NCBI GenBank assembly: GCA_030390025.1
Contig: CM059446.1
Coordinates: 42,222,001 to 42,286,000, forward strand
DNA from: Squalus acanthias
Taxonomy: Eukaryota
Direction: 5' to 3'
Length of the DNA stretch: 64,000 bases
In this document: positions 26,187 through 35,960 of the stretch, in pieces
How the letters are laid out: each line of letters begins with the position of its first letter
Numbering within the stretch: the stretch's first letter is position 1
Translations under genes and position numbers: made by a program
The notes under the pieces: generated by a model
Database searches by the model: none
What the model was told of the DNA's origin: nothing
The model's input: the letters and a program-made list of their open reading frames with translations, nothing else

Positions 26187-26800
26187 TAGGAGGAGGGTGC
26201 ATGAGGGATGGGACAATGGCCTAATATCTTAGGCATGCTTATGATGAAAATTAATTGGAAATTCTAAATGATTAATGATGCCACCACATCATGAGATACA
26301 AAAGAAGGTAGGACAAATGGGCTTTTAACTTTTTTTTTTTTAAATGGCTTTGTGAACTTACATTTTCAAAATTTCCAACAGCACAATCAAAAACCAGACT
26401 GTTCAAAGCAATACCAAAAAGATGCATCTCTAGCCTGTAGTGTTGAGCAGAGTGACACTGACACCCTCCATAGGCTGAACCATAGCATCTCATACCTCAA
26501 CACGGTGGGAATGAGGGGACATGGAAACAAGCCGGGATTTAAACCAACCTCAAACAATGGCCATAATGATTATTCTGTGCACGGTAATGATTTTAGTGTA
26601 TACAGTACTTCAACATGACTGCTGTATATATGAAAAGATGCCGGATTTGACTCAGGATGTTATCCATGTACAGTTGTTGCTGCATCAAAATAAAAAGCAA
26701 GCATTTAAACATCATTTAAGAGAAGACACAACAATCTAGTCTTCTGGGAGTGAAGAACTAAACTCCTACTTTTGATACACAAAGGTGAACGAAAAATAAA

Positions 26801-26835
26801 TCTTTGGTTTTTATGGGCGGCTGATCTAGCTGTAT
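26801..26835 (-). promoter_or_regulatory. miR-9-5p target site with 8mer seed plus 12-nt perfect 3' pairing
   Basis: Plus strand TCTTTGGTT (26801-26809) equals miR-9 nt 1-9. ATCTAGCTGTAT (26824-26835) equals miR-9 nt 10-21. Confidence 0.75.
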
Positions 26836-29800
26836 TTGAAAATAAAATATTACTAATACTGAATTTATTGGGGGGTTTTTTTTAATTCAGAAGGAAGCAG
26901 CTTTATTTACTCACCGTTGTTCTGTGAAACTTGTGTAGCCAAGAGACAGAACCCTTTTATTGTTCAACATTGGTTACATTTTTTTTTTTTAAAGCTATTA
27001 CAAGAACCTTTTCTTTCACATACTCCAGACTGTCGTAACGTCATATGTAACCGCTGCAGACAATGTGACTGTCAGCCACAGAAATAATGCAGTCATCTTT
27101 GGAGAAGGCCTCAGCCAATCACATTGCAGCAATTCAACGGAATTGTTAAAGAAATTAAAGTGAATGTTAGACAGCTGGAGTATTTCACTTTGGTTTGCGC
27201 AGAAGAATTTGGTATTTCTTTTTTTTAAAAAAAGCTTTGAATTAGAATCTAGGTTCATCGGGAAAAATAGTTTGTCTCTTTAAAAATGGCAAATAATCAA
27301 TGATGCCTAAAGCATCTCATAAAGCTTCGTAGTTAGTCAGAGAAAGAGAATCCTCTTGTACTCAGTGATATTAAACAATTACTTATTGCAATATTGAGGA
27401 GAAATGCACATTTTCAAAATTACATTTGGAACTACAAGAGAATTCTCTTTTTTTTCATCCATCAACTCTATTGCAGGTTACATGAAAAGTGACACAGTTC
27501 TTGGGTCTGGAGTTCAGATACTGCATAGACACAGTGCCCTGTCAATATATATAAAAAAAATCCAACAAGGAAAAGTAAATCTTTGGATATAGACACATAT
27601 CATTTACCTTTGTATACCGCCTTGACTTACTAATACTATGGGATGACACTAATCTGAAAGACAAGTGCTAAACTGACTATTACTATAATTCTGATCTACG
27701 CTATAAAGAGCAGAGTGCAGCTAACCAGAAGTAGTACTCAGTAGTTAGTACTAAGGATCTTTCATTGAGCCGATACAAGGACATAATTCAAACATTAAAA
27801 CCTTTTGGATTTGGATAGGGCAAAGAACTGGTTTGTAACTAATTTTGGACATCAAAAGATTGGATATCTACTTAATATAATTCAAATTTTTCTATAACAG
27901 CCCTTGGGTGTTTTCACATCAATATAATTAGTTCCCCAAATCAGTTTTCCAATTACACTAGTGTAATATTGTATTGGAAAATCAATTTCTATTCAAACAC
28001 ATACAAGTCACTACTTCTGATTGATTAGTAACTATCATAAAATTAAGAGATTTAACTGTTAAAAATTAAATGGCCCAAAAAATCCGACAGGAAAAAAAAA
28101 GTTTATGTACATTTTCTTTGGTAAGCTCGTTTTAAAATAGTTTTGATATATCAGCGTCGCATAGGTGTGAACATTTACTGGCACATATTTCTAGAGATCT
28201 GTTCTAACTCTTAAAAGCTACACAGTAACTATTTTAAAATCAAAAATTCAAACAAGATACCCTGTCAGTACACCACACATTTCAGTGCGGCAGTTCAAAT
28301 GTAACAATTATTTGATCCCTGAGGTTAGATAAAGAATAACACTAAAATAGGTTTTTAAAAAGAGGTAGTATCAAACAGGAGGTGCAAGGCTAGAGCACAT
28401 GAGAGTAGCAGCTTCTATTCCCTGTGAACATTTTTTGGTATCATAAAGCTCTGTTTTATGCAAGCAATTCTAAAAACACAAATACAGTGAGGCACCAAAT
28501 GATACTCTTTGGATTGCAACTCTCAAGGAGTTACTTAATTTAATACCGATAAGCTGAAGTTGTTTTGTGTAGGAAGGTGAAAAGTTACTCGTCTGAATCG
28601 CAGTAGAGTTGTGTTAACAGGGATACAGTCATTGAACACTCGAGGTGATTTTGCTTCTCACACACACACACTTTTCACAGCAATCCCAACTGAAATACTC
28701 ACCATGTTATTTTAACATGTTTGTAGAAGTAACTCAGTATCCCTTTCAATTGGATAATAAATTAATTTTGGATTTATATTCATATATGATTCAGAAGCAG
28801 AAATGCTAAAATAGTGTAATCAAATCTAAAAAAAAGTTACTGCAGTATTCTGCTTATTTTTACACATCAGGAATCTTAAGTATTAATTAAATCAATTCTA
28901 TTGTGTCATTTTTTTGCATACGGTAGAAGTTTTCCTAATGACAAATGGTCTCATACTGTTATTACTTTGCATTTGGCAGGTTGTTGAAATAAGTGAATCC
29001 ATACACCATGGGGAACAGAAGGCAAGCGTTCTGTGCTGTAAATATGAAAAGGTATTTGACTGGAATTGGGGGGGGGGGGGCGGGAAGATGAAAAAGGAGG
29101 CTTCGGGTTAAATGGCGTAATAAACAAAGTATTCGGTTAATGAGTAGAACAGGTAGCAATGAAGTGAAAAGGAATTTTTACGCTTTACCCTGTGTTAAGT
29201 CTACCATGGCAGGAGTGTATTTCGAGCTTGGGTTTTTCGTAGTTCTGAAGCAGGTCCCGATTATACACAGGTTTCGGGACATTAGTTTGGGGAACCAAGC
29301 CACTTCAAAGCTGCAGAAAAGAAATGAAATAGGACTCTACATACTAATTTAAACAGGTCACTAAGTGATCAGTAGAAATGCCCTTGGAATAATAAACTTT
29401 TGATACAAATCACTTCATCTTCAATTAAATGCTTTACCCCAGTTTAGGATTCTTTCACTAGCCAGCGCCCTTGGGAATGGACCATCACGAAGGGAGGGAA
29501 TCCCACATTTACATTTTTTTTTAAATCCTACTGTAAACTGTAAAAAGGTGCCTATAAAAGTGAATATAAAGTAGGCGTGAATGAGTGTGCATATGAACTA
29601 GCCCGATGGATGTCATACGTGCTGAAATGGACCAAACATGCAGCTGTAGGAGTATCTGTTAGAATGCATGAAATCAGAATGCAACCAGGACAGCAGAAGG
29701 CCATGATATGGGTCACTGCAGGAGGCATGTTTTTCTTAATCTCTGCATCTGCATTGTATTTTCCAGTTTCTAGAACAGGAAGCATCTAGGTAATCATTCC

Positions 29801-30147
29801 AGTTAACCCTGGCTTGCTTCAATTTGTCTGTCGTGCCTCCCAACAGATATTCAATGAAACTGAATGTACCCGAAACATTTTAGGTTCAGATTGGGTAGTT
29901 CATTCAATCTGCTTGGAGAGTAACACGGGTATAGTTCCAATGTCTTTCAAATTAGCAGCATAGATGAGTTTATTACGTAGATGGATGTTGCACTGCACAA
30001 ACTCCTACAAGTATCTCTTCAAAGTCACTCAAACCAAAGCATTTCATCTCCCCTCTGATCAAACGTGGTTTACATTTTTCACAGCTCTATGTAAACCTGC
30101 ACTACACATAAACATAACAGCAGTGAAGCATGATCTTAAGTTTCATG

Positions 30148-30356
30148 ATGCGGAGATGCCGGTGTTGGACTGGGGTGGACAAAAGTGAGAAGTCGCACAA
30201 CACCAGGTTATAGTCCAACAGTTTTATTTGAAATCACAAGCTTTCGGAGCGCTGCTCCTTCGTCAGGTGAAGTCCTGACGAAGGAGCAGCCGCTCCGAAA
30301 GCTTGTGATTTCAAATAAAACTGTTGGACTATAACCTGGTGATGTGCGACTTCTCA
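30148..30356. mobile_element. Penelope-derived palindrome with minimal hammerhead motifs; 13-bp TSD
   Basis: Arms at 30183-30267 and 30274-30359; cttaagtttcatg at 30135-30147 and 30357-30369. Confidence 0.85.
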
Positions 30357-30974
30357 CTTAAGTTTCATGGATTGGGATTGTGACTTCAATACTCGCATTC
30401 AAACATTTGACTGGATCCTCTGTCTTATATAAAAAGTGAAAGCACAAAAGTGAATTAAGACAACTTCAGCTCAACGGTGTTGCATACGGCCCCACTTTAG
30501 AATGATACCTGCTCATGTAAACAGAGCTTTAGTCAAACACTCTCATGGCAATGTCCTTACAACCCCTACATCACAGCAGAACATCATCAACAAACATTTC
30601 TTTTCGTAAAACAACATATTTCTGTAAGGAAGTATCAGCTATTAGGCAATGGAGTCAAATACCTGTTAAATACTGGGAGTTTACCATTAGGTAACATTGA
30701 GGTAGATTTTTCAGCAGAAAGCCTGAAATATTATTTCTGCTCCAGTGATATACCTTTCAAAATAAAATCAAAAGAAATGTAACGGTCCTTTTCACATTTT
30801 TTGACATACAGACATTCATGGTGGGTAAAATAAAAAATGTAACATTCATAAAAACAAAAGCGTGTAAGAACCTGGAGTGATAAAAAGACCCAGATTTTCT
30901 TTCCAGAATGTTCTTTGGCTTACTGCACATTGTCCATTGTGCAGATAAATTATGGTCAAACTGGACTGGGTAAC

Positions 30975-31400
30975 TTAAATTGGAAATTCGTTGTTGGTGT
31001 TTTCACAAGCAGTTTTTGGAGAAGGCATCTGACACACTTGAGGTGGTGCCAGCAGGTCTGAGGTAGTAGAATGAGAAACAACCAACAGGAGTTGAGCTTC
31101 CTCGGAGGTAGACGAGACAGGAATGCTGGCCGTTTCTGCCTGGACAAATGGTCCCAAGAAGGTAGGTGTAGTACATGTGACAGAAGAAAGGTGAGCCATT
31201 TCCATTTCCTCCCTGGAATCGTGTGAGTATCGGCCTGAATCTCCAGTTTCATGGCTTCCGTCACTGTTGTGAGAATATTCCGTGTCTCCCGCAGCGCTGA
31301 ACACAGCCTGCAGAGATGTGGGTGGAATGAGTATTGAGCCGCCCGATTCTTCACAGGTCAGTTGGTAAGAGCTCATGCCACGCCCATTTCTTCTCACTGG
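30975..31400 (-). CDS. PRTG: Protogenin last coding exon (about 20): PVRRNGRGMSSYQLTCEES...GDTEYSHNSDGSHETGDSGRYSHDS...NNEFPI*
   Basis: GSHETGDSGRYSH matches PRTG GSHETGDSGRFSH, and PVRR matches PQRR. Tandem acceptor ttttgaTAG-CAG (alternative start 31403); TAA stop at 30975-30977. Confidence 0.92.
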   Translation of the reverse strand, partial: PVRRNGRGMSSYQLTCEESGGSILIPPTSLQAVFSAAGDTEYSHNSDGSHETGDSGRYSHDSREEMEMAHLSSVTCTTPTFLGPFVQAETASIPVSSTSEEAQLLLVVSHSTTSDLLAPPQVCQMPSPKTACENTNNEFPI

Positions 31401-31496
31401 CTGCTATCAAAAGAATTACACTCGTTACATTTCGCAAACACTTCGAATTCCAGCCAACTTCTTTTGTCCAGTAGACTCTGTAAACTGTTTTTAATA

Positions 31497-32073
31497 GAAA
31501 CATAGAAGATAGGAGCAGGAGCAGACCATTCAGCCCCTCGAGCCTGCTCCGCCATTCAATGAGATCATGGCTGATCATCCAAATTCAGTACCCTTTCCCT
31601 GCCTTCTCTCCATATCCCTTGATCCCTTTAGCTTTAAGAAATATATCTAACTCCTTCTTGAATATATTTAATGAATTGGCCTCTACTGCCTTCTGTGGTA
31701 GAGAATTCCACAGGTTCACCACTCTCTGGGTGAAGAAATTCCTCCTCAGCTCAGTCCTAAATGGCTTACCCCTTATCCTTAGACTGTGACCCCTGGTTCT
31801 GGACTCACCCGCCATCGGGAACATCCTTCCTGTATCTAGTCTGTCTAGTCCTGTTAGAATTTTATAAGTTTCAATGAGATCCCCTCTCATTCTTCTAAAC
31901 TCCAGCGAGTATAAGCCCAATCGACCCAATCTCTCCTCATACGTCATTCCTGCCATCCCAGGTATCAGTCTGGTGAATCTTTGCTGCACTCCCTCCATGG
32001 CAAGAACATCCTTCCTCAGATAAGGTGACCAAAACTGCACACAATACTCAAGGTGTGGTCTCACCAAGGCCCT
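31497..32073 (-). mobile_element. Young CR1 3' fragment in the last PRTG intron
   Basis: ORF ALVRPHLEYCVQFWSP...KGYGEKAGKGY; nearly identical to 18711-19280. Confidence 0.95.
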
Positions 32074-32597
32074 GAGGACTGTTGCTCTAAACTTTGGCAC
32101 GTTTGGGTCATCTGTACAAGCTACTGTATTATAAACCTAAATAATTGCAACAGGAAACTAGGATCATCTTGTTAGGCTTTATCTATAATTCTTTAAAGGA
32201 AAACATCATAGAAATGCAGGTGGTGGCCAAATAAGTGATCTTTGATGAGAGCGATACCAATGAGGCAAATTTCAAGCAATTAGATGGCGAGTAATTAAGG
32301 GAATTAATACTTCATTGTCAGATGATTGGGTGTGATTGCCCCTTAAAACTGTAAATGCAGGATATTTGCTAAACTTAGTGAGTAAATCAGGTCAAGCATC
32401 TGATTCTCACTGAAATTCACTGAATACAGATTGATTCTAATGCGAATCAACTGTCAGGCCAGCAAATTCCAAGACCAGTTCAGACAGTAGCAGCTCCAGT
32501 TACAGAAACTGTGTGAAGCATCAGCTGAAATGAGAGATAGAGTATTTCCATTTAAAGAATTTGTTTATGTCGAATTTGTGTAGAATTCTACACTACA

Positions 32598-32765
32598 ATC
32601 ATAGAATTACACAGAATGTACAGCACAGAAACAGGCCATTCAGCCCAACCAGTGTTCATGCTCCACATGAGCCTCCTCCCACCCAGTCAGCACAACCTTC
32701 TATTCCTTTCTCCCTTATGCGTTTATCTAGCTTCCCCCTCAAATGTATCAAGCGCATTCACTTCA
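32598..32765 (-). mobile_element. CR1 3' tail
   Basis: catagaattacacagaatgtacagcacagaaacaggccattcagccc; same family as 16075-16245. Confidence 0.8.
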
Positions 32766-32787
32766 ACAGTTAGGTTCCAAATCTTAC

Positions 32788-32898
32788 CTGCTTCTCTTTG
32801 TGTGCCTTCGTTGATTTCTTTTTTGATCCAAGAAACGACCATTTTTTTGTCTTTTCGTTTCCATGAGTAGAGCTGCTAACAATCATATCAGATCCGCC
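32788..32898 (-). CDS. PRTG: Protogenin cytoplasmic exon (about 19): GGSDMIVSSSTHGNEKTKKWSFLGSKKKSTKAHKEKQ
   Basis: Matches PRTG GGTDLIINS...KKKWFFFQDSKK. Acceptor acag, donor gtaaga; 111 nt, phase 0-0. Not in the ORF track. Confidence 0.9.
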
Positions 32899-33032
32899 CT
32901 GTTGGATACAAGAGAATACATTCAGACGGTTTAATTTTTGCTCAATCACAGCCTACTACTGCGATGCAGCAGGGAGCTTGAGTTACACTTTGTGCTATAG
33001 GTTTAAGTCCCGGTAAAGAAAGCCCTTCCAAC

Positions 33033-33162
33033 CAATGTTCCCTCTAATTTGCGGTCCCTTTAACATTTGCTGTGCGGTATCATCCAGCAGCAGCAGCTGG
33101 TGAGCGGCCTGTGCAGGACCTCCCGATTGGTGCGCGGCCGTGCGCCTTAGGGGAAAACATTG
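33033..33162. mobile_element. hAT-type MITE
   Basis: TIR CAATGTTCCCTCTAA / TTAGGGGAAAACATTG; 8-bp TSD cttccaac / cctccaac. Confidence 0.75.
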
Positions 33163-33639
33163 CCTCCAACCTGCCTGCTATAAAGCCGACCAATTTAATG
33201 CAATTTCAGCCACGAGGTCAGAAGAACACTCAGTGAGAGAGAGAGTTGACTGAACCCGTGTTGGATTTTAACGGTGCTCCCATATCCTGATCAAAGCTTC
33301 CCTATGCATCACTTCCCTGATATTTTCATTCATTTTCTCTTGTGTACACACAAGTGCAGATGCACCAAATGAACAAATATAACAAAAATACTTCCATATT
33401 GTCCTTTGTCTTGAGGTTAGAATGCAAGATGTGCAATTAAAATATTTACTCTCAAGTTGTTTTCTCTCCTCCCAATTTCTAATGTGCCTTTTTTCTTCCC
33501 CTTTGCCATATTCTGCGCGACACCTCCACTGTTTAAGCACAACATGCCTCCCAGTCATCTGATCTGCCCTGCTAAATGTCCGCTTGCTCCTGTTCTCACA
33601 GCCAGGGTTAGGGAACAGTACAGGCAAGTGGGGCCATTC

Positions 33640-34090
33640 TAGCCTCCCGTGTGACCTGAAACTGGTATAATCTCCAAACCAGGAAAGACCCAGGTTCAGT
33701 CTCTGGTGTGTGCTGAATTCGCTGATCTACATTATAACAGTGACTACAATTTAAAAGTACTTCATTGGCTGTAAAGCTCTTTGGGACGTCCTGAGGTCGT
33801 AAAAGGCGCTATTATAAATAAAGTCTTTAAGGGCATAAAAAAAACCACGGCCAGGGTTTCTGCTCCTGATAGTTATTCTGTAACCCCTGCTGGAAATGTG
33901 CATGTATGTATCTTGGACGAGGACAAGATTGAGCTTGGCCGCGATGTCTCCTGTCGTTGAATAGCCCAATATTGTTGAGGCTCACACATGAATAGTGGTC
34001 ACCTGAGCGAGGTAACACAGGTGGATCTGCTGCCTGTGGAACTGTACCCCAGCGAGGAATTAGCATCTTCGGGTGGATGGGAAGGGGAGA
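33640..34090 (+). mobile_element. LF-SINE-like element interrupted by a Deu-SINE tail (about 33751-33828)
   Basis: ggttcagtctctggtgtgtgctgaattcgctgatct ... gccagggtttctgctcctgat ... gtggaactgtaccccagc. Confidence 0.6.
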
Positions 34091-34317
34091 AATATAGCAA
34101 GAGAAAAAAGTTGTAAAAAAGAAACCAATCGACATATTGGACTGAAGAGGGACAAGGAACTATATCAAACTGGGAGTCGACTGATTCCATTTTCCCTCCT
34201 ATTCTCCTTCATATATACATGTTTAGGGAATGAAATTCCAGAAAACATGGGAATTCCCAGTTTCAATACTATGGGACTTGTACTGGTGTTGAGACTTTGA
34301 AGGAGTTTTGAACGAGA

Positions 34318-34628
34318 TATCTGCGCTCCTCTAATTCTGCCCTCTTGAGCATCCCTGATTATAATCGCTCAACCATTGTTGGCCGTGCCTTCTGTTGCCT
34401 AGGCCCTAAGCTCTGGAATTACCTGCCTAAAGCTCTCCGCCTCTCTACCACTCTTTCCTCCTTTAAGACGCTCCTTAAAACTTAACTCTTTGACCAAGCT
34501 TTTGGTCACCTGCCCTAATTTATCCTTATGTGGCTCGGTTTCAAATTTTTTTTGTCTTATAATACTCCTGTGCAGCACCTTGGAATGTTTTACTACGTTA
34601 AAGGTGCTATATAAATACAAGTTGTTGT
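34318..34628 (+). mobile_element. L2 LINE 3' end
   Basis: LRSSNSALLSIP..GRAF..LGPKLWN motif; tail ggtgctatataaatacaagttgttg. Confidence 0.8.
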
Positions 34629-34760
34629 GAGTTCCTAGTTTAGCTCACAATGCACTGGTATGGGATAGCGCAGTTCATTACTATAAAAAGGAAGAGTTTT
34701 TTTTTTAAAAGGGAAAGAGGTGGGCAAAGTAGGAATAAAAGTGAAAATAAAATGTATTAC

Positions 34761-34926
34761 CTTGGTATCCAAGAAACCATTTTCAGGCATCATTGGCATT
34801 AAGGTTTCCACATTTTCCTGCTGTTCATCCTGACTCTTATCAATATGGTTCCCATTGACCAGTGGCCTTGTCACATGTGCCAACTGCACATCTCCCTGTT
34901 GCTCAGCCTTGATAGCAGAAGATTTT
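34761..34926 (-). CDS. PRTG: Protogenin cytoplasmic exon (about 18): KSSAIKAEQQGDVQLAHVTRPLVNGNHIDKSQDEQQENVETLMPMMPENGFLDTK
   Basis: Ends match PRTG KSSA...ESLMPMIMPNSFIDAK. Acceptor ccag, donor gtaata; 166 nt, phase 2-0. Confidence 0.92.
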
Positions 34927-35315
34927 CTGGACAAACAAAAGTTCACCATGACAATGTAAATTGTCAAAAATGTAATAGCTAATAATGATCTCTGTTGACA
35001 AGTAGTCAGTGCTGGATATATTGACTGTTTATTCACTGATTCAACTGAAAATGGGTGGATGAGGTAAATGCAGTCTATCGCAGCAGGGAACATTTCAGGA
35101 AGAGCAATTCTTAAAATACAAGTAACGGTTGAAGACCGAAGGGGGTGGGGGTGAGGATTTACAGCAGAAGGCTAACATTTTGATTAGTAGAATTTTCCCC
35201 CCCTCACAATTAGATTCAAAACAGGGACAATAATTTCTAATATAAATCTTTGCCCTTTATCTTTAAGACTTTGCAAACTGCCCTAACACTGGTCAGTTGT
35301 ACTTTCAAACAATAC

Positions 35316-35439
35316 CTTGCTTTGCTTCGATAAAGAAGGATAAGGATGCAGATGATGATACAAGTCAGGGCGATGCAAACTCCCACAATAATTCCAGTCA
35401 TTGACTTTTGGTCCAGGTGGTAAAACACATCCGAGTTAG
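35316..35439 (-). CDS. PRTG: Protogenin transmembrane exon (about 17): [42 protein letters not shown]
   Basis: Matches [40 protein letters not shown] and contains a hydrophobic helix. Acceptor acag, donor gtattg; 124 nt, phase 1-2. Confidence 0.96.
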
Positions 35440-35482
35440 CTGTAGTATAAACAGAGCGATAACAGACATTAGAACGATTAAA

Positions 35483-35960
35483 GAAGAAGAAGAAAAGACA
35501 GACTTACATTTATATAGCGCCTTTCATGACCACCGGACGTCTCAAAGTGCTTTACAGCCAATGGAGTACTTTTGAAGTAGAGTCACTGTTGTAATGTAGG
35601 AAACACGGCAGCCAATTTGCGCACAGCAAGGTCCCACAAACAACAATGTGATAATGACCAGATAATCTGTTTTTGTTATGTTGGTTGAGGGATAAATATT
35701 GGCCAGGACACCGGGGATAACTCCCCTACTCTTCTTCGAAAATAGTGCCAGGGGATCTTTTACGTCCACCTGAGAGAGCAGACGGGGGCCTCGGTTTAAC
35801 GTCTCATCTGAAAGACGGCACCTCCGACAGTGCAGCACTCCCTCAGCACTGCACTGGGAGTGTCAGCCTAGCTTTATGTGCTCAAGTTCCTGGAGTGGGA
35901 CTTGAACCCACAACCATTTGACTCAGAGGCGAGTGTGCTACCCACTGAGCCACAGCTGAC
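35483..35960 (-). mobile_element. Full-length Deu-domain SINE (SacSINE1-like)
   Basis: Reverse complement of 8811-9272; lies about 45 bp upstream of the TM-exon acceptor. Confidence 0.88.

Larger units (their letters stand above)
23350..30974 (-). other. PRTG: Putative long PRTG 3'UTR (distal boundary uncertain)
   Basis: AT-rich, largely repeat-poor sequence after the stop codon. It carries many minus-strand seed matches for miR-9, let-7 and miR-125. Several AATAAA hexamers occur on the minus strand (29969, 26956, 26902, 26864, 23372). Confidence 0.6.

Noticed and set aside
26801-26835. A mir-9 gene on the plus strand
   Set aside because: The mature sequence is interrupted by 14 nt, and I see no miR-9-3p arm or hairpin nearby. 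It fits a target site on the minus strand instead.
31059-31080. A let-7 gene on the plus strand
   Set aside because: Only the first 12 nt match, there is no precursor hairpin, and it lies antisense within a coding exon.
31497-32136. CR1 insertion disrupting the last PRTG coding exon
   Set aside because: The true last exon has its own acceptor at 31401-31406 and starts with PVRR, matching PQRR. The CR1 is intronic.
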